From IMG/VR virus record IMGVR_UViG_3300037149_000085, positions 1-55,149 of that record: a stretch of 55,149 bases of DNA; one strand, given 5' to 3'. The DNA comes from a virus. Lineage: Duplodnaviria; Caudoviricetes. Shown in pieces: positions 32,250 to 42,586 of the stretch; within the stretch, counting starts at the first letter, position 1, and every line of letters begins with the position of its first letter. A program made the translations under genes and the position numbers. The notes under the pieces were generated by a model. It did not search any database, had not been told where the DNA came from, and was given only the letters and a program-made list of their open reading frames with translations.

Positions 32250-35200
32250 ATGTCAACACCTTTAGCTAACCTCGTGTTCATTACCCCCGTTGTTCCTTCG
32301 GGAACTAATGTCATTTCGGTGGATTCTTCTGTCTTCCCGTTTACCATTCAAGCGGACTTGAACACAGTTAGCCTGACTATAACTTATGGGAATACCTCAT
32401 TTAGCTTTGCTCAACCTACTCAAGTAGGGGGGTACAACCAATTTACGGGCTCAATACCGCTGGTGCTAGGGGATAGTGCACTCCAGTGTATTGGATGGAA
32501 TTTTGATCGAAGCCTTAACACACAAACCAGCACGTTGAATATCTTGTTCGTGTCCACCGGGGATGCAGTGGTGATTGGGCCTCCCTCCGGAGTTAGCTCA
32601 TATAAAGCACAGAATTTGTGTCAGTTGGAGTGGGTTCAGCCTATTTACACGGGAACAATCGGGGTTAGGGTTATGCTTTCCACTGACCCGACTGGGGTGA
32701 CCACTCCATTCACTCAGTATGGTGACCTCGTCCCTCCGAGTGCAGTTTCACGCACTCAAAACGCTGTAATAAGTACTAATTCAAACACTGTCACTACCAC
32801 GAACTCTACCACGACTACAACCGTGCAGAACACTGTTCCAGTTACTTACTGCAGTGTTACAATCCCTAGTTCCAGCATGAACGGGGTGACCCAGTTTTAT
32901 GCTATGCTCTCCACAGTCATTCAAGACCCTAATAGCGGGGCTATTTATGAATCGCAGCAAATAGGTCCGGTTACATGCGGATTTGTTTCCCTTAATGTTG
33001 TCGCTCCCACCGACTTCTTAGCCCTTCAACGGAAAGAGGATGTGGCCGGACGTTACATGGGTCACGTATACAACATTTACCCTAATCTGGATATGACCCC
33101 GCGAAAGGAACTGCGTGATTTATTCATCGACCCGTTCTCTCTGGAAGTCTCCAACCAAAGTGTGCGAGAGTGGTTCTCTAGAGTCTCAGTTTCAGTCTCA
33201 GCCCTAAGTCAAATTGACGATGCAAATGCGGATGGAATCAGCGATTCCTTCGATTCGTCACCTATTAAGCAGCAGATTGCTCGGGCGTACGGGCTTACCA
33301 ATTCGACCGACGTTCAAAATTTTATTGATCAGCAGTTCGATATCAACGGAGAGAAGGTAGGACGCCCGCGTAAAGGGGAGGTGGCGTCCGTTGTAACTTT
33401 GACTTGTTACACCTATATCTTACCTACTAGTACCGTGACAATTCCCGTAGGAACGCTTGTTGGCACCTCCGCCAATTCGGAGACTACGGCTCTTACGTTT
33501 GTTACGACGGGAAGTGCAGTGGTTACGGCTGCTAGTGCTGCAAGTTTTTACAATTCGGCGTATGGGTGGTGGAGTGTCAACATCCCAGCTCAGTGCACAT
33601 CAACAGGCAGCGTTACGAATGTCAACGAGGGGGCTATCACTAATACAGTCACCCCATTGCCAGCAGGATGGGGTGTCACCAACCTGAACGCGGCTGAGTT
33701 CGGAGATGATCAAGAACTGAACTCCAAGTATGCTGCTCGAATTGAGAATCGCTACATCACTGGGATTGACAGCGGAACCCGTGGTGGGCTTTTAGATACT
33801 GCACTAGCAACCCCGGGAATTATCTCGGCTCAAGTTGTAGCGGCGGGCGATCTGTACATGTTACGCGACTGGGATTCATTACGTAGAAAGCATGTGTACG
33901 GGTGTGTAGATATCTATACACAAGGTACCAGCTCTTCGCAGCAGACAGACTCCGTTCCGTACAGCTACGTTAATAGCAGCCCGGATACCGCAGCTTGGGT
34001 GAATTCACTAACGTTCACTATCTCTCCGGCTGTCTCGGACCCAAGTTACCCCTATTACACTCCGCTGGAGTTTGCAGTGAATCGGACAGGGTCTGCAACG
34101 GTGTATTTCGGGGTTACCTCAGCCCAGTACAATAATTCAACAGGGCAGATCATCCTGAATGGGAATGACTTGGCGTATCAGTATGTAGGGGATGCTAACT
34201 CCCGAGCAAAGGTACCAGTTCTCATCACATTACCGGGGGCCTCAGTCGCGACCGCCGCGACGAACACTCAGCTTTTAAGTATCGTTAAGGCTTCGGGTTC
34301 CTACCAAGTTACATCGCGTTATCTATCTCCGCTACTGGATACGCCGGGGTACCAACCGTTGTTGAATGTTAACTCTGTGGTTGGGGCAGGGGTTACAGGG
34401 GCGGTTGCTACCAACCTTATCACATTAACTCACACCTCAGATTTTCTTCTGTACGGGGGCTCTAATGAGGCGGGCGATTATGTTAACGTCGCTACCAACT
34501 CTTCAGTCCCGGTGACTAAGACGATTACAGTCTCAGCTTCAACCCCGACTGTGATCGACAGCGCCATGGATGTCCCCTTGAGCACCGTTGGTGTTCCTTT
34601 AGGCATCAATTCGGTGTTGAGCACAGACTTGTCCACGGTATACAGCAGTGGAATTGATTACAATATTGTCCCTATGGGGTTATACCATCAGTATGGCATT
34701 GAGCTTATTCCTGTAACCACAAGTATCACAGGACTTTCGGTGTCTAATAATATGCTCACCCTCGTGACCAACAATAATTTTCAAGTGGGGTCAGTGGTTA
34801 CAATTGAGGGTATTCCGGATACTCCAAGCACAAACCCAACCTATCTTAATGGGGCTAGTTTTACAATAGCGACAAGCAACAATGCGGGGGTGACAGGTAT
34901 TTGCCCCGTTCAGCCGGGTGTTCCGGTCTCCCTCACTTCCCTAACCGCAACTTTGACCGGAACTCGGATTCTGCATGGGCAGCAACTAACTGTTGGGTAC
35001 AACCAATTTCCAATCAGCGAGAATCTGACATTCCAAACAGAGTCACTTCAAGTACTCGCATCAGGGGTGCTGTTGTCAAACACCGGATTTGTGTACAACG
35101 TCGCCGTTCCAGAGAGTTACGGTTACACCGCGCTTACGCTGGACGGTTGGAATGGTAATTTTACCCACGACAGTAATGGTAATATAACTGGATTAGACAC

Positions 35201-36194
35201 TACTAATTCCACGGGGTTGGTTGGAAACGGGGTTCCTTACACAAGTCGCTATATTAAAGTGGTGTACAACGGCAGCATCATGCGGGAGAATACAGATTTC
35301 ATGTTGTCAGTGGATGCTGCAACAGGGACAGCAGGGGTCGCGAGAATCGTTGGTGGTGGAATCCCGGAAGGTGGGCTATGTATCATCAGTTACTATACTA
35401 ACGAAGTATTTTCCATAAGCACACAATATCCTGCGTTTGTTGAAGCACTAGTGACCCAAATAGCCCAGACACAACATGCTTGCGGGGACGTGATTGTAAA
35501 ATCAAAATTAGCTTCCCCTGTAGACATTACATTAATGGTGGTGCTTGAAAACAACGCAACCCCGGAGACTATGGACCCGATTATCCGGACGGCGGTGGGT
35601 GTTTGTTTGAGTAACGCCAACGGCACTCTTGACCAATCAGAAATTGTGGGTCAGGTGCGAGCCTTGACGGGAGTGAAGAAGGTCGTCCTACCCCTTATCA
35701 AGTGTGCAAAAAGTGATGGGGCGTATGACGTGGGAGTGACGATTCCAACTCAAACTAATTGGATTCCAATCGGGCAAGACCCGGCATTTGCGAAGTACAC
35801 AGGTAGCTCATACTCGACGTTCTACATCAGCGCCAATCAAGTATTGAGTGACAGCACGATTCCATCAGGAGGTGCAGCGGGCGCATTTGTAAACATTCTT
35901 GATCAAGGGGATGGGTACACTCGCACAATGTCAATAACGGAGTTCTTAACTAGCCCTCCTCAAAGTTTCTACATCATCGGATCGAACGACAGTATCAACG
36001 CTTCGACACCACTAGATTACAGCTATTCCCGCCGTGTGATGCTTCACACGCCCGTGGGAATCACCCCTGCGTTGGAATCCTTTTTGGTCACGTACCAAGT
36101 GTATGGTGAAGGCGGGGTTAGTGACATCTCGATTTCTCCCATTGAATACTTGAGCGCAGGTAGGATTACAGTATTGTATGGGACGGGGAATTAA
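32250..36194 (+). CDS. Baseplate wedge protein, baseplate J/gp6-like, with large insertions
   Basis: Baseplate_J motifs: IPVGTLV, IPAQCTSTGSVTNV, VTNLNAAEFGDDQE, DSGTRGG, ATPGI, GCVDIY. Confidence 0.85.
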   Translation: MSTPLANLVFITPVVPSGTNVISVDSSVFPFTIQADLNTVSLTITYGNTSFSFAQPTQVGGYNQFTGSIPLVLGDSALQCIGWNFDRSLNTQTSTLNILFVSTGDAVVIGPPSGVSSYKAQNLCQLEWVQPIYTGTIGVRVMLSTDPTGVTTPFTQYGDLVPPSAVSRTQNAVISTNSNTVTTTNSTTTTTVQNTVPVTYCSVTIPSSSMNGVTQFYAMLSTVIQDPNSGAIYESQQIGPVTCGFVSLNVVAPTDFLALQRKEDVAGRYMGHVYNIYPNLDMTPRKELRDLFIDPFSLEVSNQSVREWFSRVSVSVSALSQIDDANADGISDSFDSSPIKQQIARAYGLTNSTDVQNFIDQQFDINGEKVGRPRKGEVASVVTLTCYTYILPTSTVTIPVGTLVGTSANSETTALTFVTTGSAVVTAASAASFYNSAYGWWSVNIPAQCTSTGSVTNVNEGAITNTVTPLPAGWGVTNLNAAEFGDDQELNSKYAARIENRYITGIDSGTRGGLLDTALATPGIISAQVVAAGDLYMLRDWDSLRRKHVYGCVDIYTQGTSSSQQTDSVPYSYVNSSPDTAAWVNSLTFTISPAVSDPSYPYYTPLEFAVNRTGSATVYFGVTSAQYNNSTGQIILNGNDLAYQYVGDANSRAKVPVLITLPGASVATAATNTQLLSIVKASGSYQVTSRYLSPLLDTPGYQPLLNVNSVVGAGVTGAVATNLITLTHTSDFLLYGGSNEAGDYVNVATNSSVPVTKTITVSASTPTVIDSAMDVPLSTVGVPLGINSVLSTDLSTVYSSGIDYNIVPMGLYHQYGIELIPVTTSITGLSVSNNMLTLVTNNNFQVGSVVTIEGIPDTPSTNPTYLNGASFTIATSNNAGVTGICPVQPGVPVSLTSLTATLTGTRILHGQQLTVGYNQFPISENLTFQTESLQVLASGVLLSNTGFVYNVAVPESYGYTALTLDGWNGNFTHDSNGNITGLDTTNSTGLVGNGVPYTSRYIKVVYNGSIMRENTDFMLSVDAATGTAGVARIVGGGIPEGGLCIISYYTNEVFSISTQYPAFVEALVTQIAQTQHACGDVIVKSKLASPVDITLMVVLENNATPETMDPIIRTAVGVCLSNANGTLDQSEIVGQVRALTGVKKVVLPLIKCAKSDGAYDVGVTIPTQTNWIPIGQDPAFAKYTGSSYSTFYISANQVLSDSTIPSGGAAGAFVNILDQGDGYTRTMSITEFLTSPPQSFYIIGSNDSINASTPLDYSYSRRVMLHTPVGITPALESFLVTYQVYGEGGVSDISISPIEYLSAGRITVLYGTGN

Positions 36195-36195
36195 A

Positions 36196-37608
36196 ATGCC
36201 TACGCCAGATAGTTTTTACTCTTTATCACGCGAAAATTTATTGCTTTACGAGGACGCATTATTTACTAGTCTCATTAACTCGATGGCCGATTACTACTCG
36301 ACCCGTAATGATCAAAGCGTATGGGGGGCGTTTCTTCGCGGAGCTGCGATGGAGATGGCGAGGTTAGAATTTGACTACGCATATGACTTGGTCAGCAAGA
36401 ACCCCCAATACTTGACACCTCCAGATATCAAACGTCAGTACGCAGACTACCTTCAGCTCCCAAATAACTACCCGCAACCTACTCAATTTGACGCGGGCGA
36501 CTTAACAGGCTCCACCACCCCTATGCAATACCCCATCGGGTACCGTGATATGATCTTGAACCTCATTAATGCATACCAACAGGGAGCAACGGTGGGGGCA
36601 ATTGCAGATATCATTTATGCATATACGGGAAAAACCATCGTCGTGCAAGAGTTCTTTCGGAATATCCCTAGGAATGGCACTTCGGGTTACTATGACGCGA
36701 GTTACCGCAACACGCTAGGTGTTGCAGTGAACGTAGGTGGAAGCAACCTGTCCAGTGATATTCAGAATGTAAACCAGCTTCAACAGATTACCCAATCACT
36801 CTACGCTGCAATGGACCTCGCAAAGCCTGCTCATGTGGGTATTGATTTCTCTTTAGTGTTTGGAGAAGGTGAAACTCTCGATACTTATATTAGTGGCATC
36901 ACCGATACATTAAAGATCACATTCAACTTCGTTGACGGTGGGAACTTTAATCCCATGCTCAATGTGGCTCCTATTCGTAATTTGAAAAATCCGACTACAA
37001 CATTAGCAGCGTGGGGATTGGCATTCACTCCAACGTTGAGTCCGGCAGCGTGGACTGCATTAGCCCCGGCTGCTTGGAGTTCCTCTACGACGTATATCAA
37101 AGGCAATGTGGTGCAAGAAGGTTCAGTAGTCTACCGAGCCAAGAAGGCGTCTACGAATGTAGCCCCAGCCACAAATAATGCTGCATGGTTAGCACTCGCA
37201 TGCCCAATTCCACAGCAAGCGTACACTTTTGATGGGACTAATTATAACGTAGGTGTTGCTCCGTGGACGCCGAGTACGAACGTCTTCCTCGGACAACTGG
37301 TGGTGGATGTAAATGGTAATACTCAAGTGGCTACAACAGCGGGGATGACGGGAAGCGAGACGCCTACATACGAGACATTTAGTACAGAAGTCGGTGGGGT
37401 AACGAATGAGGGTAGTGTTACTTGGGAATGCTTGGGAGTGGCTGCGTATACCAACCCAGCGACATGGATTCTCATCGCGGATAAGAACGGTAATCCGACT
37501 GGGGAAGTATCGAATTGGTCGATGGAACACCCCACAGGTTTGCTTGCACCTCGGATGGACACTGTCTGGGAAATAAAAAATGACAGTTTTGATGGAGATG
37601 TGTTTTAG
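36196..37608 (+). CDS. Baseplate wedge protein (gpI/gp7-like) with CBM5/12-like carbohydrate-binding modules
   Basis: QGAT..I and AKPAH motifs of P2 gpI-like proteins; WSSSTTYIKGNVVQEGSVVYRA CBM-like repeat. Confidence 0.65.
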   Translation: MPTPDSFYSLSRENLLLYEDALFTSLINSMADYYSTRNDQSVWGAFLRGAAMEMARLEFDYAYDLVSKNPQYLTPPDIKRQYADYLQLPNNYPQPTQFDAGDLTGSTTPMQYPIGYRDMILNLINAYQQGATVGAIADIIYAYTGKTIVVQEFFRNIPRNGTSGYYDASYRNTLGVAVNVGGSNLSSDIQNVNQLQQITQSLYAAMDLAKPAHVGIDFSLVFGEGETLDTYISGITDTLKITFNFVDGGNFNPMLNVAPIRNLKNPTTTLAAWGLAFTPTLSPAAWTALAPAAWSSSTTYIKGNVVQEGSVVYRAKKASTNVAPATNNAAWLALACPIPQQAYTFDGTNYNVGVAPWTPSTNVFLGQLVVDVNGNTQVATTAGMTGSETPTYETFSTEVGGVTNEGSVTWECLGVAAYTNPATWILIADKNGNPTGEVSNWSMEHPTGLLAPRMDTVWEIKNDSFDGDVF

Positions 37609-37617
37609 TAAAACAAC

Positions 37618-37648
37618 TATGAACTCCTTCTTATAGGAGGAGTTCATA
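37618..37648 (+). promoter_or_regulatory. RBS-sequestering hairpin upstream of the GIY-YIG gene
   Basis: TATGAACTCCT (37618-37628) is the perfect reverse complement of AGGAGTTCATA (37638-37648), which contains the SD and the first base of the ATG. Confidence 0.75.
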
Positions 37649-38514
37649 TGTTCGTCTATCTCATCACCAATTCCGTCACAGGTAAGATTTATGTTGGGCA
37701 ACACAAGGGTAACAACTTAAAGAAGTACCTTCAACAGAAAATTTCCCACGCTAATGCTAAGAATAAGCCCAGCGGTAGTTCTCACCTCTTTGCTTCTATG
37801 CGCAAGCATCCGAAGGAAGTGTGGGAAATTGCCCCTCTAGTATCCGATGTTACGACCCGGGAAGCGCTCAATGCTTGGGAACAAACGTTAATTGAGTTGT
37901 TTAATACTCAAACCCCTGAGGTCGGCTACAACGTCTGCCGAGGTGGAGAAGGTTTTACGGGTCCCCACTCCCTTGAAACCAAACTGAAGATGTCTGAATC
38001 CCATATGAGGTACTATTTAGATAATCCTAGGAGTGCGAATCCCTGGGTGACTAAGGTTTGCCCCGAATGCGGTAACCCTTTCTCTCGTCCATTCAGTGAA
38101 AGAGACTCTATCCTATGCTCCATCTCCTGTCTTACTAGTAAATTCAGAAGTGAAGAGGTACAAAACAAGCGGAAGGAAAATCAACGTACTGCCATGCAGT
38201 TGCCGGAGGTTCGCGCCAATTTATCTAAGGGACAACTCCTTAGACGGGCACAGGAAAGAGAGTTAGGGATTAAACCTATTGTACCGAATTACGTCTGGAC
38301 GGAAGAGCACCGACAAAAAATGAGCGATAGGATGAGGTTGGTTAACACCGGAAGGGTTATGCCAGACTCCCAGAGGGCTGCTATTTCCAAAGCACTCCAT
38401 GGGTTGGTTTGTGACAATAAACGGAAGGATACGTTGGATAAGGGTCGGCACACTCGTTGGCACTCGTCTAAGGGTATAGTCAAAGATGGCTGCAAGTTCT
38501 GCCTTTCGGGGTGA
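37648..38514 (+). CDS. Free-standing GIY-YIG homing endonuclease with NUMOD3 and zinc-ribbon DNA-binding modules
   Basis: FVYLITN..GKIYVGQ, E...I, GYN..GG; NUMOD3-like HSLETKLKMSESH; CPEC, CS.SC and C-terminal CKFC motifs. Confidence 0.9.
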   Translation: MFVYLITNSVTGKIYVGQHKGNNLKKYLQQKISHANAKNKPSGSSHLFASMRKHPKEVWEIAPLVSDVTTREALNAWEQTLIELFNTQTPEVGYNVCRGGEGFTGPHSLETKLKMSESHMRYYLDNPRSANPWVTKVCPECGNPFSRPFSERDSILCSISCLTSKFRSEEVQNKRKENQRTAMQLPEVRANLSKGQLLRRAQERELGIKPIVPNYVWTEEHRQKMSDRMRLVNTGRVMPDSQRAAISKALHGLVCDNKRKDTLDKGRHTRWHSSKGIVKDGCKFCLSG

Positions 38515-38539
38515 TTAGTTGACTTTTGGATTCATAAGT

Positions 38540-40219
38540 ATGGAAAAGCAAAGTTATTTATCGCCAAGTTTAGGCTTACTCGAACTGACTATCATCAGGG
38601 ATGCTCACCCCACCGTCTCTATTTTACTTGATCTGGGGATTCCAAATTTCACTGTATTTTCTTTAAAATTTCCTTTCATTGAAGAGGAGCCTACGTCAAC
38701 GAGCGCCTTGGTTGCGGAGAGTATCCATATTCTCCTCGATGAGATGAGTGCATTCATGCTTAGCATGGAGTTTGATAACGACGTCATCGTCAGCATGTAC
38801 AGCACGATACTTGACTGCTTCAAGAATATGACGGCAGAGTCTGATCCCAATGCCAACAATTCCCCCGCCAGCCAAGATGCTTCCATTAAAATGTTCGAGG
38901 GCACGTTTAAGTTGCCTATGGCATTCGTTAACGAGACTTATGACAAAGTGGTAACAGCGGCTACGAAGATTCAACGTACTCCGGCTGTACGGCACCTCCA
39001 GTTGGATTATTCTAAGCCAATTAAACCTAGTGTGAGTGATGCGCAGCGGATCATCCGTCAGTACCAGCACCGCAGCCTGAAGACACAGCCCCAACCCCTT
39101 TACGTTGTTGTGTACGACACCAAGGGACGTCCTCGGGGAACAATCCCATTCGACAATACCCTAAAGAATAAGCTCCTCAAGTCCATTTATGCTGCTAAGA
39201 CTCCAGAATACACCGCTACGGTGAAATTCCTAACCGAGATGGATATGAAGCTCACTAACGTAGACGGAATCCCTAAAAATCTTTTCGTGGGTGAGGTTCA
39301 ATTTGATCCCGAGGCTTACTGTGGTAATGACATGGCGCTGTATCGAGGAGGAGGAGGAGATACATATATTGTAAAACTCCCGGACGGTCGCTGTGTCGGC
39401 TTCCCGTTGAAGCGCCCCTCTATTCTGTTTTTGAAAGCCAACAACTTCCCGGTTCCGGGTGAGTACGGGCGCTGGAGAATGATTCACGAAGAAGAACCCG
39501 AAGAACAGAGTGAGGACGCTGTTGATAGTGTGGGTAAGGAGTTGAATGAGACTGATCCAGAGTTTGACGCAGGCACAGAAGGTAGTAAGACTGCCGCCTC
39601 TGGCTATGGGTTCAAGCGACAGAGCCCTGAGAACTCGTATCTACCCCAACTAGAGCTGATGCGGATGGGTAAGAACGTAGGGGTAGGCGATGCGGTACAG
39701 GCGTCGGCGAAGACTGGAGATTACCACGACTCCCAGGGATTCTGGGCAGGAGAAGGGGGAGGTGCAAGTGGGATTCTACCCATATGCTCTAAAACCAAGC
39801 GTATCTGCCTAGCATGGCGCTCATCAGCGGTGCAACAAGGAGATTGTTGGGGCACCTTGGGTGGGGCCATTCAAAGGGGGATGGAACCTGCCGCCAGCGC
39901 CCAGGAAGAGATGGCGGAGGAAACCGGGTATCGAGGAGCTGTACAACTTCACCCGGCATTCGTGTTTAAAAGTGGAACATTCTCCTATTTCAACTTTATC
40001 GGAATCGTACCCAACGAATTTGGATTCCACCCCCACTCGGGCGCGAGTTGGGAAACTTACGAAATAAGATGGGTTTCATACGAAGAGGTTCTAGAAATGA
40101 TGCGGATGGAGCCCGGGCTATTTCATACGGGGCTTATCGTGTTATTCAAAAATTCAGGTGAATTAATCAGGAATTTATGTGCAGAGTCCAGTACTAATCA
40201 GAAGGAGAACTCCAAGTGA
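38540..40219 (+). CDS. Multidomain protein with C-terminal NUDIX hydrolase
   Basis: Nudix box variant GG..QRGMEP..SAQEEMAEETG; N-terminal region unassigned. Confidence 0.75.
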   Translation: MEKQSYLSPSLGLLELTIIRDAHPTVSILLDLGIPNFTVFSLKFPFIEEEPTSTSALVAESIHILLDEMSAFMLSMEFDNDVIVSMYSTILDCFKNMTAESDPNANNSPASQDASIKMFEGTFKLPMAFVNETYDKVVTAATKIQRTPAVRHLQLDYSKPIKPSVSDAQRIIRQYQHRSLKTQPQPLYVVVYDTKGRPRGTIPFDNTLKNKLLKSIYAAKTPEYTATVKFLTEMDMKLTNVDGIPKNLFVGEVQFDPEAYCGNDMALYRGGGGDTYIVKLPDGRCVGFPLKRPSILFLKANNFPVPGEYGRWRMIHEEEPEEQSEDAVDSVGKELNETDPEFDAGTEGSKTAASGYGFKRQSPENSYLPQLELMRMGKNVGVGDAVQASAKTGDYHDSQGFWAGEGGGASGILPICSKTKRICLAWRSSAVQQGDCWGTLGGAIQRGMEPAASAQEEMAEETGYRGAVQLHPAFVFKSGTFSYFNFIGIVPNEFGFHPHSGASWETYEIRWVSYEEVLEMMRMEPGLFHTGLIVLFKNSGELIRNLCAESSTNQKENSK

Positions 40220-40437
40220 TCACACAAATGTTGTTGCACCACGGTATTAGTTTGGATGAAGTGCATTGGGTAAAGCATCACCCCTATGACGGTGAAATTA
40301 TAAAAGAAGGCTACTCGATCACGTTAGTAGGGAGCTACCCAGTGTGGACAGTGAAGCAGATTTTTATCTCTGTACCAGATGGTACGGTGCTTCCCCCAGC
40401 AAAGGTATCCCAAGTTTTTGAGATTCACGAGGTCTAA
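40216..40437 (+). CDS. Hypothetical protein
   Basis: GTGA overlap with the upstream stop; SD AAGGAG; abuts the next gene. Confidence 0.6.
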   Translation: MITQMLLHHGISLDEVHWVKHHPYDGEIIKEGYSITLVGSYPVWTVKQIFISVPDGTVLPPAKVSQVFEIHEV

Positions 40438-41061
40438 ATGAAAGAGACATTCAAACTAAAGTTGAAGGGCCAAGTACGTATCTACCGAATGGATAACGGA
40501 GTCGTTCTATTTGAATCACCCAATGTTATCTGTACAGGCAGTAAATATTTATTCTCTCAATTACTAGCCAATATAAACCCCACAGGAGACTACGTTCCGC
40601 CGTACCCTTTAGGTCATACGGTTCAGTACGCGGTATGGGGGTTGGCTATTGGGGCAGGTTCATCCAGTTGGGCACCAGACCAGCCCCCACCGAGTGCCGT
40701 AGCCAGTCAGACATCCCTTATTACGGAGTTTCTCAGGAAGCCGCTTAGCCAAGTAACCTTTGTGGACGACCCAGTCTCCAGAAATCCTCTTACCACCATT
40801 TCAACTAATGTCAATTTTCAGACGACAGTCAATGCTACCTCGGACAACATCACACAGCCGATTAGAGAGATGGGACTCATTGGAGGTGGATCAGCGGGAA
40901 TTAATATGTGGACAGCTCCGTACTTTAACGGAAACCCAAGCTCCTATAGTAGTGCATCGGCGTCTCAAGCGACTGTAATACTTATCAATGCACTTAACAT
41001 TCCTCCTCTTAATTTACCTAGTGGTATAGATGTTAATTTTTCTTGGGTACTCCAAATGTGA
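40438..41061 (+). CDS. Tail collar/fibre-attachment-like structural protein
   Basis: NVIC.G, LAIGAG, QTSL..E, IREMGL and W..C-terminal pattern typical of tail-fibre N-terminal/collar domains. Confidence 0.55.
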   Translation: MKETFKLKLKGQVRIYRMDNGVVLFESPNVICTGSKYLFSQLLANINPTGDYVPPYPLGHTVQYAVWGLAIGAGSSSWAPDQPPPSAVASQTSLITEFLRKPLSQVTFVDDPVSRNPLTTISTNVNFQTTVNATSDNITQPIREMGLIGGGSAGINMWTAPYFNGNPSSYSSASASQATVILINALNIPPLNLPSGIDVNFSWVLQM

Positions 41062-41237
41062 CCAATCATTTTAAAGAGGGTATACGGCGCTGTGTCTTCT
41101 GGGCGATTGTACTGTTTGATCTAGGGGATGAGTTTGTCGCTTACCCAGGAACCTTGAAATTTAAATTTTTGAATTGGTTGTACGACGGCGGTGCAGAGCC
41201 GGAGTTTGATTGCCAGTGGCCGGAGGACGAGTTGTGA
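41058..41237 (+). CDS. Small hypothetical protein
   Basis: GTGA overlaps at both ends. Confidence 0.4.
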   Translation: MTNHFKEGIRRCVFWAIVLFDLGDEFVAYPGTLKFKFLNWLYDGGAEPEFDCQWPEDEL

Positions 41238-41686
41238 ACGAGAATGTGCTCTGTGTAAAAGTTGGCGAAGATCAGGAGTGGGGCAACGGTGTTGAGGACA
41301 CCGGGTGCCGCGCTGTTCTCGGAGTCTCCAAAATCGTGGGGAAAGTTCAATCTACCATTTTTTACGGCAATACATTGAATCTCCTCTGGATGGAAACGGC
41401 TGTCATGAATCCAGTGCTTGCGTTCCAGTTCTTCTGTAATCAGTTTATCGGTAAACCAAAGCAATGGTCTCAATGGGCAGCGCCCCCGCCGAACCCGATT
41501 GTTCTCTCTCGTCAAATATACCTGATCCCGACTCCCGAGCCCGAGCCACCTGTCTCCAAAGGCAGGATGACAGTGATGGCAAGTGGGTACGATCCACTTC
41601 GCGGTTACTGGGTTGAGTTCGAGGGTAATTTCTGGCTGCACATTCCAATCTTTGGTGGGTTCTCTAACCTAGAGAGGGTCTTCTAA
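41234..41686 (+). CDS. Hypothetical protein
   Basis: GTG start with SD GGAGG; 150 aa; the opposite-strand ORF 41141..41641 cannot be fully excluded. Confidence 0.45.
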   Translation: MNENVLCVKVGEDQEWGNGVEDTGCRAVLGVSKIVGKVQSTIFYGNTLNLLWMETAVMNPVLAFQFFCNQFIGKPKQWSQWAAPPPNPIVLSRQIYLIPTPEPEPPVSKGRMTVMASGYDPLRGYWVEFEGNFWLHIPIFGGFSNLERVF

Positions 41687-41725
41687 TTCTTCCAATACGG
41701 AACCCCTATACAGAGGCTCCCGTGT

Positions 41726-42559
41726 ATGCGTAATCCCCTGCTTCAAAAACAAGCTAACGGTTGGACGGTTCCCATCAGAGGGGACAAACAGTATGATGGG
41801 TACTACCCGGAGGCAGTTGGGGGTAAGTGGAATCCCAGTGATGGGAATGACATTTCATCCTCCATTTCAGCCCAATGCGGCGGCTACATGGGCGGCACGC
41901 GTACCTCTACCCCCCTGCATAACTATATTGATGATACGTACCGCGCCTCGCAAGACATCTGGGATAAGAATGAAGACTCGGAGCATGCCAAGGCTCAAAC
42001 AGTGCCTATGGTGCAGAAGAAAACAGCAGAAGACTATGCGAGTCCTTCCGGTCGTTATCGAATGAATGTCACTCCGGAGACTTTTGAAAAAGAAATGCAG
42101 GACCTCCAGTACCAGTCTAGCCATTGTGGACAAAACGCGCGCCTTTACTACCAATCCCAGTTGAGGGAAGTAATGTCTGATTACGATGAGTATAAGCGAT
42201 CTCACCCACCTCTCAAGGTAGGCCAACGTCGGTCGTCGGTAAAGAAGGCGGAAATAGATGAGTTCATGAAGAGCAGGTCCCCAGAGGATTTGTCGGCGCG
42301 TCTGGAGTATCTTAAGTCTCGACGTGATCTCGGTGGAGATAAGCAACATCAGTACTGGCAAAAGAAGGTGGATGAAGTCGAATCCCTGTTGGTGACCGCC
42401 TCTGTCCCTACTGCTATCAAGCGCCATGGTCTTACCCCAAAATGGATCAAGGAGAACAAGGCGGGAAGGTTGGTGTTGGTAGCGGGTAAATACGTTGTTC
42501 GAAGTGACGCCGACACCGCTACACGTAGAATGGCGAAGTTGGCAAATAAGAATATGTAG
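41726..42559 (+). CDS. Hypothetical protein (possible head-packaged polyprotein)
   Basis: 277 aa, hydrophilic, punctuated by K-x-A motifs (KQA, KTA, KKA, KLA). Confidence 0.7.
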   Translation: MRNPLLQKQANGWTVPIRGDKQYDGYYPEAVGGKWNPSDGNDISSSISAQCGGYMGGTRTSTPLHNYIDDTYRASQDIWDKNEDSEHAKAQTVPMVQKKTAEDYASPSGRYRMNVTPETFEKEMQDLQYQSSHCGQNARLYYQSQLREVMSDYDEYKRSHPPLKVGQRRSSVKKAEIDEFMKSRSPEDLSARLEYLKSRRDLGGDKQHQYWQKKVDEVESLLVTASVPTAIKRHGLTPKWIKENKAGRLVLVAGKYVVRSDADTATRRMAKLANKNM

Positions 42560-42586
42560 GGCAATCTTCTCTCAGTATTAGTGGGT

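Noticed and set aside
331-37704. Many 60-170 aa ORFs overlapping the large structural genes in other frames or strands
   Set aside because: They are fully nested in long, compositionally coherent genes and have no RBS or recognisable motifs; treated as shadow ORFs.
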